Assembly: GCA_977018835.1 (NCBI GenBank)
Contig: OZ361256.1
Span: 5,952,001 to 6,016,000, forward strand
Length of the DNA stretch: 64,000 nucleotides
Direction: 5' to 3'
From: Minutocellus sp. GHC0000111
Taxonomy: Eukaryota
Position numbers and translations under genes: made by a program. Each line of letters opens with the position of its first letter. Position 1 is the stretch's first letter. Below are positions 38,474 through 51,314 of this stretch, in pieces. The notes below the pieces were generated by a model. That model was not told the origin of the DNA, did no database searches, and saw nothing but the letters and a program-made list of their open reading frames with translations.

Positions 38474-38782
38474 TAGTCGTCTTTGTCTCATGCACCAGCG
38501 AGCAAAGGGACAAAAAATCGAAAGGCCAAGGCCGACACTCACTGACTTACAGGAGAAGGTCGACACGGCCGACGCCCCCCCCCGGGCGGGGGCGGCGTGG
38601 CAATAAGCCGACCGACAACGACTGTGCGCACAATACAACACGAGCAAGCTTAATAATCAGATTACTAATAGTGAACATATTTTACCAGCCGAAGACAGGC
38701 ACAAGTAAGAGGACGGATCGAAGGGAGCAGTTGTCTATCATTCCTATTCTTATTTGTACGTCACTAGCTTGGAATTTCGGTA

Positions 38783-40352
38783 TTACGGACCCGTCCACAG
38801 CGGAACACCACGGCACTCCACACGCTCGCAGCAGACGTAGTATCCAGATTCTGGAAATTGTCTGTGAAATTTGCCCTGAAGGGTGAAAACGATGACGTTG
38901 CAAACAATACCTTTCGGAAGCTGAAAATGTTGCCAGCCCGTGTTAGTGGCATCACACTCGCGAGGAGGAGAGGTATACACAGGAACATGTCCAGCCAGGA
39001 TCGCTGCAATAGGGTTGGAAGCGGAAGAGTCAGAAGAACCACCAACTCTTTGCTCTTCATTGGCACTGTGGACAATAGGGCTGTTGGAACTGGGAACGAA
39101 CGGGTCTTGTCGGCGCTTGATGGCGGCTCAGTTACATTCCCACTGGACCAGACAGAGGTCGCTCTATTCTCATCGTCTTCAACACAGTCATCGCCGTCTT
39201 CAAAATCTGGTAGGCTGTACACACTGAGCACAATCTTTGGCCAAGTATGTGCCACGTGTGTTTCATCCAGCCTGAGCTCACGGAAAGGTTTGATGGCAAC
39301 GTCCGTGATGAGAGAGTGGCAGCACCCCTGCGCCGCAAAAAGCAAGTCTTCATTTGTATCACAGCTCTCGGATGCCTTGGACGACCAGTATGTAGTTTCT
39401 TGGCGCATAACCCTCATAAAGAAGCCTAAATCGATATGACCGTTCATATTGGGTGGTCCGCGATCTTCTTCTTGTCTGCTGATGTATTCCCACATGGCAT
39501 CATACGACGGGTTGACTTCTCTATATCCCGATGCGGGGGGAGCAGCCTGTCCCTGGCGGATCCGCTCGTCGTCATCCTCATCGGCATCGTCAGTAGTATC
39601 GCCGCCTCCACCACCGCCATTCTCGTCAGAATCCTCTTCCTGACGCCCGCCATGGCGACCATGAAGACGTCGAATCACTTCGTCGTCGCGATTTTTTATG
39701 CGGGCCGCATGACGCAGAACTCGTGTGACGTCTTCGTGTTCGTGATCCTCAGAGGAGGCCAGACAAGCCCTCCTCCTGAGCATTAAGCCACCATAAACCT
39801 CCACGGATGTCGACCTGGCCGTTTCTTTCAGTTTCTTGGCAGGAGGTCGACCGGGCGCAAACTTTTGGGTAGGACACCATTGTTACCATAAGCCTCGTTT
39901 GTGCACAAACAGACAAGCATCTGCAGCTGTCTCCGCTCAAGTTTTAGCGGCGGTGCGCCGGGCTTATCATTGTTACCCCCATCACTATAATTCCCACTCG
40001 ATCCAGCTGTTGCCGCCTTCCTCTTTTTATTTCCATTGTCTTCTTGTCGAATTCGCTCCTTGAGCGAACGTGGAAGTTTGGGATGATACCTCCAATAGCG
40101 CAGATCGGTGTCGCGCGACGTGGTGATACCGGCCAGCCGCTTATTCACACGACACACATGGCGGAGAATTTCTAGGGGGGAGACGCAATACAGAACCTCT
40201 AGCAATATCTCGTCGGTGAGGGATGCAAGGTTGCTACATGTCTTGGTCACGGTGGCGGCGGATGTGTCGGTATTGGTTTTGGCGCCATCAGATGTCGAAC
40301 TGGTGCTACCGGATGGCATGCTTGTCGCATCGGTCGGGCTGGGAGATGCCAT
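38783..40352 (-). CDS. F-box protein (two apparent frameshifts)
   Basis: F-box LASLTDEILLEVLYCVSPLEILRHVCRVNKRL; ASSEDHEHE, YWSSK...EDLLF...ITDVAIKPF; C-terminal QHFQLP...TLQGK...YYVC in a third frame. Confidence 0.7.
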
Positions 40353-40610
40353 ATCTATCAAGTGTGATCAATTGCGTCGTTAGCAATTGTAGCAAATTGT
40401 CCTTGAATGCCGTGCAATCGATCGATGCACGTCCGGGGATGGGAGATACGAGATGAGAGGTCGGTCGGGAGATGTTGACGAGTTGCGACGCTACGTACGT
40501 ACACTTTACGTACATACGCACGATACGTAGAGTCTACGTATCTGATGACCCCGCGCGCGGAGGCCAGGCATCGACGAGGGGCCTAAATAACAAATCAGGG
40601 ATCAGCCGTA

Positions 40611-43600
40611 CCTTTCGGTTTCAGAGGATTTGTAGAGGGTATACCAATAACCCCTAAAAAAGGTCATTCTTGCACCCATTTCTCATTTCCCACCACACGT
40701 GTTTTGTTAGTCGATGTTCTCTTCGGGAGGAACGCAAATGCTCCTCAACTCGTGGACATCTCTACTGGACCTGCTCATTCAGTAGGTTGCCACCGACCAG
40801 TAGTATCCACTGAATTCGCAGGTCCAGTAGATTCTGGCAGGAACACATGTATTTTTTGGTCCCCCGCACACCCTCGCCGACCGACCGCACAACCAACCCG
40901 CAAATTTTGTGACGATGACGACGACCAACCAGACCACGCCCAAAAAATACAAACGCAGCAGAACTTCGTTCTCAGGGAGCAAGAGAGGCAACACCAAGGC
41001 ATCCAGGAAGGCGGCAAAGGCGGCAGCTGAGCCGAAAACACCATCGCCGAGCGCAAACACGTCGAAGAAGCGGCCACGGTCAAATTCGCCCCCGCCAAAC
41101 CGTCACCGTCGTCGGCGAAGAAGAAGAGGACGGCCCCTCCTCCTATCCCCATGGCCTTTCTCCTTGCAGCAGATGTCATTCGAAGGGCTGGTAAGGATCT
41201 GTGGTGGAGAGTAACCCCCGATTCCTGCGCGGCAAAGACGACATTTGTGTTGGTTCTCGCGGCAGAAATGGGAAGACGTCCTCCCCCCCTGCTTTCATCG
41301 AGGCCGACTTGTTGCGTTCCAAGTCCGTCGGTGGAGGAAAGTATGAGCTACAGTACAACGAGGAAAAATGGAAGGATATGCAGCAACATCTCAAGGAGCA
41401 TTGTAGTTTGAAGTTGCACTTGTCGACGTGTCGGCCGAGAGGGAAGACAAGACGCAGGGCGCTTTGTGTTTGTGCTCACAGGTTGCGTAAAAAGAAGGAG
41501 GACAACCACCACCCGAAATTCTCTGGACCGGAGGGACAGAAGGTGCACGAGAAAAGAAATCCCGATGAAGTTCTGTTCTCTGGGCGCTCCTCGACTGTCT
41601 TAGCTACTAAGCTAGGTGAGAGGTTGTCAGCTCACAGAAAGGAGGTGCAGTCAGCGCATTGCGAAGCAAGAGCAAAATCACTAGTCGACGAGGCCAAGAA
41701 ACTGGGTTGGATGCCAGCAAGTCTCCTCAGCATGCTGAAGGGAACTGGTGATGCTTCCGCCACTGAAGCAGCTGCAGCCTCCCCCAATGATGAAGGTTTA
41801 GGAGGAGCCGATACTTCCGTTGTCTGTGCCACCTCCAGTGACATTGATGAACAGGTAAAGGTCGCTCTCGGCCTCGACTTTGTTGTTCGGATGGCCAACG
41901 ACGATGACATGCTCCGTCCTCCTCGTCCCAATGCAACCGTCACCGAACCAACACCAATCAGAAAAGAAAAGCAGGCGAATGAAAGAATGCGGTTCAGCGC
42001 CGTGGCTCTCGCGGATTGGTGGGGATGCGGCGACCCAACAACTCGCACGCATGAAGACCGGCAACAAATTGCAACTGCCGCGTGTCGGCAAGTTGCGTGC
42101 GATCACGGTTATGCCAAGTCAACCGGTGGTTCTCAGCTTTACAAGTGGAGAGACCAGCTCTACAAAAGCCTTACTGATGGCATCAGCAATCCCATCGGCA
42201 GAAAGGAGGTTCGTGGAAGGAAGGCATGCACGGACATGATCGAGGAGAAGGAGCCAGGATGTCTCCGCGAGCTGTGTCGGCATGCTGCTCGGATGAAGGG
42301 TGCGATGGCAACCTTTAAGGAGCTAGCTGACTGTGTGAGCGCAAAATCAGCTACTCCAGATGAAGATAGGCTGACAATTTGTCTCCATCGTCTTCAGCTT
42401 TTTCGCTGGTGGAAAAAGCAAGGCGGTAAGGAGAAGTCGTCGATCGAGAAGCCGAGGCTCACCCCCGAACATTGCAGGAAGCGACTTGATTGGATCGAAA
42501 AGTGGGAGGACATTACGACCGATCCCAACATTCCTGTAGCGTGTCTTGATGAAAAGTGATTTTACACTACTACTCGGCGACGAAAGATCAAGATGTTGCC
42601 ACTTTCTGACGAAGAACTAAGTAGTCCGAACCTCGCGTCTATCCATGCTTCCGAGGCAAGCCCGAAAATTCGATCCAGAAGACACCCTGTCAAAGTTATG
42701 CATCTTGGAGTTGTTGGCCGACCAATGAAGGATGAAACCAAAGACGTTGATTTCAATGGGCGCATCATGATCAAGAGAGTCGCCAGGGAGCAGAAGGTGG
42801 AAAAGCTTACGCGTAATCAGAATTTCTCTCCAGATGCTAAGGTCAACGATGCGCTAAAAAATGACAAAGATTGGCGATTGGCGCGAAATTTACGACGAGA
42901 ATGCTGACATGACCGCCGGCCATCTTTGCGACCACATTGCCGAAATCTACGGCCTTTCTGAGTTTGTTACAGAGCGATTGGAACTTCAATACGAGGACTA
43001 TAAATCCGACGGTCAGGCAAAAAGTCGCAAGCATGCCGCTGTTGGCTACAATCAAAAGATCTCGAGTCTCAAGCGACACACTCCTGATAGCAATGGAGAG
43101 AAGGTGAAGGTTGAGATCGACGACCTTGAGCTCGGGGTGCGGTATCAACGGGGCGATAAGGTTACCAAGGACTGTAGCTGCGACTCCAAATGGATGTTGG
43201 AGACTATGAATGAGGTCGGGAAGGCGATTCGAGACGCACATCATTGGGTGAAGTGGGATCCACAAAATATTCAGGAGTCTGATGTTACATGTCTTATGAT
43301 GGACAATGCCGGTGGTCATGGGTCCAATGAAGCAGTTGAGAAGTACACCGAGGACCTCAAAAACAAATATAAGATTGAGATAATCCAGCAGGTTCCTCGG
43401 TCGCCCGAGACAAATGTTCTTGATCTCGGCATCTGGATGTCTTTGCAGTCGGCCGTCGAAAAGGAGCATCGCGGTCAGAAGAATGATGCGAATGCTCTTG
43501 ACAAGACTGTGATGAAAGTATGGGCCAATGTCGCATCAAAAGAGGCCTTTCTCAATGTATTTGGAAAACTTCCAGTGATATATAACAACATCAAGAGAAG

Positions 43601-44104
43601 TCGTGGCGGTAACAATCTTGTGGAGACCAGACGGGGAAAGGCTGTTCTCTCGCAAAAATTGCCGAGGAAGAAGCTGAAGAGGATGGTGAACCACTCTGGC
43701 CAATTGATGCTCCCGGCGAAGATGATGACATTGAGGACGACATAGATGAAAATGATGAAGACTATGGAGTCATTGATTTGCTATAACTTATCATAGCATG
43801 TCCATTTCTATTCATTACATTTTGATTTGGTGCTTCCAAAAATGTGTATTTTTTCCCGGGGTGAGGAATGCAAATGTCGAAAAAAATCATCACATAATGT
43901 ACATTTATTGGTTCTGGTGCACAATATCTCTCGACTATATGTAGAAGTTGGTGACCATAACTTGGTTCTTGCCCCGACTTCCATCTTGGCCGTCATTTAT
44001 TCCTCGGAGTTAGAAAAAGTGAGAGCTTGGATTTTTGGTCTGGTGTGGTCGTGTTTCTAATACGTCATCATCACGTCACTTTCAAATCCTCTGAACTCGA
44101 AAGG
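40611..44104 (+). mobile_element. Full-length Tc1/mariner-superfamily DD39D DNA transposon (3494 bp) with an inactivated transposase
   Basis: 22-bp TIRs CCTTTCGGTTTCAGAGGATTTG (40611-40632) and CAAATCCTCTGAACTCGAAAGG (44083-44104), 2 mismatches. TA on both sides (40609-40610, 44105-44106). Confidence 0.95.
40915..43790 (+). pseudogene. DD39D transposase pseudogene
   Basis: LDEK*F (W codon read as TGA at 42557-42559), KVMHLGVVGRP, MMDNAGGH...QVPRSPETNVLDLGIW with exactly 39 residues between the 2nd and 3rd Asp, GGNN. Frameshifts near 41100-41200, 42860 and 43710. Confidence 0.9.
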
Positions 44105-44291
44105 TACTTCTAGGTCCTACGTAGTAGGCAAGGAGAAAGTCATCACCACAACATCCTCAAGAGAACTAGCCAGGAGTAGCCCACTAGCCTAGCTAGACTA
44201 GTACGTGAAGTAGTCGGACGAGGATCAAAGGTACCGCTTGGCCATTTGACGTGGCCATTTGACTTACGATCGTAGTCTCCCCCGAGCAAAC

Positions 44292-44927
44292 ATGCCAGCC
44301 CGAAGCAAAGTCGTGGCCCTCCTGGCAGCCGCTGCTGCCGCCCTGCCCACAGGTGTGAATGGCGCCAACGCATGGATCAATGAATTTCATTACCGCAACA
44401 TTTACGAGGACGTCGGAACCTTCATCGAGATCGTTGGCCCTTGCGGCGAAGAGGCGTTCGAGTACGAGGTAGTTCTATACCAGGGGCGTGATGGCCAGCA
44501 GGTTGGGTCCTGGGATGGGCTTCACGAAGCCAAGTCCCTCACAGGTCACTACTTCAATGGGCAGGACGAAAGTGTCGATTCTGGTCACTGCTACCTCGTC
44601 ATCGACATTGCCGGAAATGAAATTCGAAATGGAAAGAAAGTCGCCGATGGCATCGCCCTCACTCGGAACAATGTGTGCATCCAGTTTATTTCCTATGGCT
44701 CCGAGTCCGGCAGTGCCGAATTCGAGGAAACGTCTGGTCCGTGCAAGGGATTCCTCAGCCAAGATATCGGCACGTTCGAGCCGAGGATGACCCCCGAGGG
44801 TTTCTCCCTTCAGCTGCAGGGCACCGGGCATAAGTACGAGGACTTTGTGTGGAATCCCACCCCCTTGCCCGATACTAGAGGACGGGCTAACCATGGACAA
44901 ACCTTTGACGACGCCGCTTACAATTAA
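44292..44927 (+). CDS. Secreted lamin-tail-domain-like protein of bacterial type
   Basis: Signal peptide (VVALLAAAAAALPTGVNGA); WINEFHY...FIEIVG...VVLY.G, DGIAL, QFISY, SLQLQGTG...DFVW; intronless. Confidence 0.7.
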   Translation: MPARSKVVALLAAAAAALPTGVNGANAWINEFHYRNIYEDVGTFIEIVGPCGEEAFEYEVVLYQGRDGQQVGSWDGLHEAKSLTGHYFNGQDESVDSGHCYLVIDIAGNEIRNGKKVADGIALTRNNVCIQFISYGSESGSAEFEETSGPCKGFLSQDIGTFEPRMTPEGFSLQLQGTGHKYEDFVWNPTPLPDTRGRANHGQTFDDAAYN

Positions 44928-45310
44928 TTTGAGTTCAGTTGAGTTGCACGCATGTGTTCAGCAGGAGAAGGGGAGGCGGAGGAGATCGAATGAGGCCTTC
45001 GCTATCTTTATGGGCCGAACACTACACAACTCGATGTTTTGCCGATGCATGATTCGAAATAAATTCACTGATTCGCTGCTGCGCGCTGAACAAAATAAAT
45101 TTACATGATTCAATACGTACGACATAGAGAAATGTTATTGCAAATCGCAAATCTCATTGTCAAAAGTAGAACTGCTGCGGTGTACTTGATATGTTTCAAC
45201 AAGTTTTAAATGAAAAAGCATGTAGTAACTCTAAACAAATAATATCACATGAAACAAGGACCCAGCCAGAGCAAACTTGACTCCACTACTTTGTCTCTTG
45301 CCTCGCTTCT

Positions 45311-48300
45311 TTATATTTCAACAGGACCGTCCAAGAGAAGATTGTCAAGATCGGCACTAATATCTGCGTCGTAGATGCCATCGCCAGTAGATAGATTAAT
45401 GTCGCCATTATTCGAAGAAGACTCCATAGACAGGCTTGGCTGCACCTCCTCTTGGATACGTGTAGGTTGATCTTCTTTTCCTTTGGTTTTCGCAACCTGT
45501 GGTTTCGACTCGATAGAGAGATTATCATTATTTCTCGTCTCACTCATGCCGGCATTGGTATCACCAATGCTAGGTTGAGCATGTAACTCCATATGTCGCC
45601 GGAGAGCCAATAGGACAACCTGCTCGCGTCCTTCAAATCGCTCAAGGACTGCCTGGAGGCGGCGTTGGGCATGTTCCTCTGTCTCTGCCTTGCCATATAT
45701 GGCCTCTAGACGCATGTAGAGTTCCAATTTGACTGAGAGGTCTCGAAGGAAGTGTTCAATCTCAAAATTGGATCGGATTTGATTGGTAGCAACGCCATCG
45801 TCGCCAATGATGTCAAAGTAAATTTCCACACCGTTGCTGGAAAGCGAAATGTTCATATCAACATCAAGTTGGTCCCCAGCCTCAGTTGGTTCATCAAGCT
45901 GCACGGAAGATAGATTCAATTCGACGCCGATTTCTTCGCCAAGCATGCTCGCATCCGGCCCATGAGTACTAGCCAGTAGGTCAGCTCCTACATGGCCTTC
46001 CTCCACATTAACTTGGATACCTGCAAGGGCATTGTCTTCGTCAACGTCGTCATCAAACTTAGCAACAGACGCTGCCCTGACTTCAATATTTTCGAAGGAA
46101 CAAGCCTCTTCGTCGGGATTTACTGGTAGGCCTTCGCTTAATCCTTCTTCTTTGCCATCACCGTCGACAATTGGCTGCCAACTTTTCGTTTTTTTGCGAC
46201 GTCTTGCAACATCTTTCTTCTTCGGGAGAGTTACTGCCGCAGTCGCCAAACCTGCCGCCATAATACCAAAGGTAGTGACGACTGCGCTCATTTTCTTTTC
46301 ACCTTGGAACTTTCTTTTGTGGGCTTTAACTTCTCCCCTTGGCGATTTTGACAAGCCAAGGGCCAAGTCGCCAGTGGTAGCCTTGGACGGCGTTCCCGCA
46401 GAAATCAGAGGCAAAGAGTCGTCGCGTGTAGAGTTACCATCAGCACTAGCACCATGGAAGGAAGAGTAGTCCGAGTCGGGGCAACCCTGTTCACCTTTTA
46501 CTGCTTCACCGAATGCATTGAGCAAGTTCTCGATAGCTTCTCCATACTTTTCAAGACCCTCAACGACGTTGCCAGCTATGGCCATAGCCGAAGCAACATC
46601 GTCGCTTTTCGATAAAGGGGAAGTATCTGGGGAGGACAAATCTTTAGTATCTTCAGTGCCATCGGTCAGAGATGTGAGATCAAGCAACGTCGACAACTTC
46701 TTGGGCGTCGGTTGGGAGGTCTCCGTGACACCGGTAGAGGCCAACTTCTTCTCCTTGACTCTCCTCTCTAGAGATGCAACGAGCCTCTCAACGTTCTCAG
46801 GGTATCGCTCGATAATCTTGGTGGCTCTCAAAATACTCATCAATGGTGATAGTGCGTCATCATACAGCTCATCGACAAGACCAGCAACCATTACAAGAAT
46901 CTCTTCATCCATCTGAGGAGGGACTCCTGTGGCGTCGGCGTCGGCATCGGTAGTACCGGTACTACATGTACCAAGGGGTGCAGGCACCTGCCGGATCTTT
47001 CGCCGCTGCATCTTGGACAAGGAAGACCGGAACAGTGCTGTCGACTTAGTCCATTTGGTGGCAATGGTGGACTTGACCTGCATATGGACCTTTGGAACAA
47101 CAGCGTTTTCATCGTTGGTACCTTCCTCCTCATTCGCTTGACTCTCAACGGGAGCATTGGCAGGCTTGGCTGAGGCTTTCGTCGATTCGTCACAGTTGAT
47201 TCCGATTGGAGTATCCGTTGAGATATTGAGGGAATTGTTGTCATGATCGAGAGGAGGCATAGCTGAGCGTGGTCTGATAACAGTGATTCGAGCTCGATGA
47301 TTGATCATTTCATCATCCGAGTCAATATCTACCCCCTCAGGCACCTCAGCCTTGTCCATAGCACCCTGCGGTGGCAAAGGAGAGTCCTCTTGAGTGGTGG
47401 GCGTTCGAGTTCGTTGATTCATCGTGGTATCGGAGTGATCTGGGTGAGAGACATGCTGGCAAGAGTCATGGGAGTCGTTGCTTCGTTGGCCAAACCGAAG
47501 GAAGGAACGAGGGCTGGTGGTAATGCCAGCCTCACTTGCATGGTCGAAGCAACGTCCAATCTGGAATCTAAACATTTTGTGTCGAGAGTCAAGAGTTTCC
47601 ATGGTGCCGGGAGATTTAGAATGCGCATGTTTTGAGCGAAGCGATGGAGCGCTCTTGATGACGAGTGAAGTTGCCTTGAGCTTCTTCTGCGACCAAGCCA
47701 CAAGTTTCTTTCCTCTTCCGTCACGACTCTCATCATTCGGTTGGGAGGATGGGCGGTTCAACCCGAGCACTTCGATCCTGGCGGCGTTCTTCGCCTTCCT
47801 AGCAGCATCTTTCTTCTTGGATTTTGAAGCAATACGTTTAGACGAAGCATGCTCCCTGTTCTTGTTGGTGCTGCTGGTCGAGGGAGGAACATCGTGGAGA
47901 GTGGGACGGCCAAGGACGGCGTAGGCCATATCATTTGCGTCGGCAGTTTTCACGGCGTCGACCGCACTTTGGATATCAGCAATTGTCTTTTCGACAGTCA
48001 TACCATAAGAAGTAATGAAATCATCAATGTCCGGAAGAAGATCATCTGCGTCGCTGGCATCTAGGCCCATGCTGGCTGTAGAGAGACCGGGGATGAAAAA
48101 TCCGGACTTGACGGCCCTGCCCTCATCAGGACTGTTCCCATTATCGACGGACGTCTTTTTCACAAACGGCCTGGGTACGACGGGTACGGTCTTCTTCTTC
48201 GGCACCCCCCTGTTCTTATTCCTGTCCTTCTTGCGCAATAGAATACGAAGGCCAATCAACTTATCATCCCCATTGTTCTTGCCGAGCGATGGGCTCTGAT

Positions 48301-48977
48301 GGGCTTTCTTGGCTTTCTTTCCACTTGCCTTATCCTTGCTGCTCTGGAATCGACGCGCAGCATTTCCTCCAGCAGCCCTGGTACTTTTCTTGGCTTCGTT
48401 GCTCCGGAACTGACTACGGCGACGGCGGAGGGCTTTGGTATCGCTCTTGCTTTTCTTCTTGGCCTTGGACGAATAAATGGCCGAGGCAGACGGCCTATGG
48501 CTTTTGCGCTGCTGCTGCCGACGTGCATGCTCATGTTCCGATGAAGACGTAGAATAGTCATCAGCGTCAGAGTAGTACATGTACTCGCTAGTCGGGCAAA
48601 ATGTACAAATCCTGGAGCACCTCGGTGATCTCCCGAGCAGTTGGCATGTTTAGGGCGCATGCCATTGCTGATGCCAGATCGTTGGTCAGGGACTGATCGA
48701 CTGAATCGGATAGCAATGGGGGAGATGCGATCGATTCGTCTAGTGGGAACATCACTGAAGGTGACGCAGTTCCAGTCGACGAAGTGGTTACCCGCGAATC
48801 TCCTCCATTCGGCATGATGGTGCGATGGCCGTCATCGACGCCGCCGTCGTTGTTGGCATTGACAACGGTTTCGGCATTGTTGTTGGTGGTGAGGATGCCG
48901 AAGACATTGTTGGCTAGACGATCAAGCATGCGTTCATCCTCTGCTAGACGATCGGTGTTCGTTGTAGCTGAAGTCAT
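45311..48977 (-). CDS. Large disordered hypothetical protein with two helical 'ERF/Y.GRE' modules (frameshift ~48598)
   Basis: ORFs 48588-48977 and 45311-48580 join if one T is removed from a T-run. Motifs TKIIERYPENVERLVASL and QAVLERFEGREQVVLLAL. Confidence 0.7.
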
Positions 48978-49856
48978 GTTGGGCGCGATGGTGTTTTGGC
49001 TTTTAGTTAGAGACCACTAATCGACATTGTTGGTGTTGCCAGAGGCATTGGTTGTGACGTCCCAAAGAGAGCAGAAGGATGCGATCGATCATGATGCGAT
49101 GGCAATGGTGGCATGAGATGTGTTGGTAAGACGTCTGATGCTTCGCAAAGAACGATATTGAATGACAGAACACATGACAGCAGCATGTTCATGCTTACCA
49201 AGTTGCTGGGCGAGGCCAAGTCAAAGCACCAACAAGCAGGTCTACAACGACGAGAGATTGAACCCGAACCCATTTGGAAACCTGACTTTCAGACGCCAAA
49301 AATGATGTCACTACGGTAGCAGCAGAGGGCCGATCAAGAGAAGCTTTGCAAATGTGGTGCTAGTGCCAGGGCAGGCAGAGTCAGTCGAAGTACGGGGTGA
49401 AGATGGCCGGCCGACGCTCCAAGACTCCACCACAGGTTTGCCTTTGGTTCTTTTGCCTTACTGAACAACTGCAACCAGTAGAAGCAAGCGATGGCACGTC
49501 CCATCAGGTTGAGACACCGGCCCCGCATCACCTGCACACTGGCCCGCATCAAAAACTAGTAACCGACTAAATCAAGTAAAAACAAGTAATTCAAAAATGG
49601 AGGTCCTTTTCCTCCGAAAGTTTAGGGGCAAATATAAAACGGGGAGACTCCCAATATAAGAGGTACCCTTTGACAGAACTCGGGGTGATAGTCTGCTGGC
49701 TGCGCAATTTCGAGGTGCAAGATGAGAACCCAACCCGCCAACCCGAGCCAACAACCTCCTTCGTGGTTGGTTCTGCTTCCCTCTCATAAATTGATCAAAC
49801 CAACCAAAATCAAACACCCCCTCGCCCCTTTCAACCAATACTACCACCAAGCAACC

Positions 49857-51138
49857 ATGAAGAGCTTGCTCTGTGCTTTCACTCTTTTGCTTTCCGCCGA
49901 AGGTAAGTCAAGAATATCGTCGTTTTCGCTTTGCCGCAAAATCTTCATCCTTGCGAACCTTCATCTTGCTTATGCGACCCTTTCCTACCAAATGTTTTCA
50001 TCTCGACAGGATTCATTCCGCAAATACACCGGTCAGCCACCAAAACTACGCTCTTGGCCCAACCGCAAGGAAGCAATGCAAATGAAATCGTAAGTAAAAA
50101 TGTAACGATCGTCGTGTGTCAAGTGCATATTGTAATAATTGTAGCAGCCGACATTTATTTCATCTCCCTCACTAAATGCAATTTCACGCCCCATCGTTTC
50201 CGTCCACATAGAATCCCATGACACCAGGATCAACTTGTGCCCTCGTTACGCCGTACACGGCGAGCGGCAAGATCGACGTCCCAGCTTTGAGGAATTTGCT
50301 CAGATTCCATGTCGAGAATGGAACCGATGGCTTGTGCATCCTCGGCACAACGGGAGAAGCTGCCGTCATGTCCATGGAGGAGCGAGCCACCGTTCTCACT
50401 ACAGCGGTCGAAGAAGTCAAGGGCAAGATTCCAATTCTTGCTGGAACCGGCACGATTGATCCCGTCCACGTAAAAGAGATGACGCTCCAGGCCATCGACA
50501 TTGGCTGTGATGCCTCTCTAGTCGTCACTCCGTATTACGTCAAGCCCCCTCAGCGTGGCCTCGTCAAGCACTTTCTTGATATGGCCGACCTGGGCCTTCC
50601 CGTCGTCATTTACAACATTCCCGGTCGTGCCCAAGTCGATTTTGTGCCCGAATCCATCGCTCTGGTGGCCGATCATCCCAACATCATCGGCGTGAAGGAG
50701 GCAACCGGTGACGTTGGACGGGTTGACCAGCTGAGAGACCTGACGGGAGACAAGCTCCTCCTTCTCAGCGGTGACGACAAGACGGACGCCGAGTTTGTTT
50801 TGCACGGTGGTGATGGGTGCATATCAGTAACAGCCAACGTAGCCCCAAAGCAGAAGCACGAGCTAATGATGGCGGCCCTCCGAGGCAAGAAGGATATTAT
50901 TGCAGAGATCAACTCCAAGCTCGATCCCTTGACAAGCGCCCTCTTCATCGAGTCATCTCCCATGCCCTGCAAATACGCCCTCAAGAAGATGGGCATGATT
51001 GAGCACAGCTTTGCTCGCCCACCTCTCGACGACCTCGACCCCAAGTATTACAACGACGTTGAAACCGCCTTGCGAGGTGCTGGCATTCTCGAAGACATTT
51101 ACACAGAAGATGCCGTCCTTCTTGGAGCGTTTGAGTAG
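49857..51138 (+). CDS. dapA: Plastid-targeted dihydrodipicolinate (HTPA) synthase; exons 49857-49902, 50010-50089, 50212-51138
   Basis: ALVTPY, LGTTGE, VVTPYYVKP, IYNIPGR, GVKEATGD, LSGDD. Signal peptide MKSLLCAFTLLLSAEG-FIP; both introns keep frame. Confidence 0.95.
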
Positions 51139-51314
51139 CTGAGAAGTTGACATGATCGTTACCATTCATCGTCCGTAGATTGCCTCTTCTTCGTCTTTTT
51201 GATCTTGATAGGAACAAAACCTTGCATATAGAATAAAAATAAATAGACATGTGGGATGAATATCATTAGGTAGCTAATACTGCCCAACAATTACGATGGC
51301 TACACATTTGGGAA

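Noticed and set aside
38568..38600. GC-rich imperfect hairpin as an ncRNA or terminator
   Set aside because: No recognisable RNA-family features.
42557..42559. TGA at the Trp of DEKWF as selenocysteine or UGA=Trp recoding
   Set aside because: It is a Trp rather than Cys position, the element has other disabling lesions, and TGG is used for Trp throughout the window.
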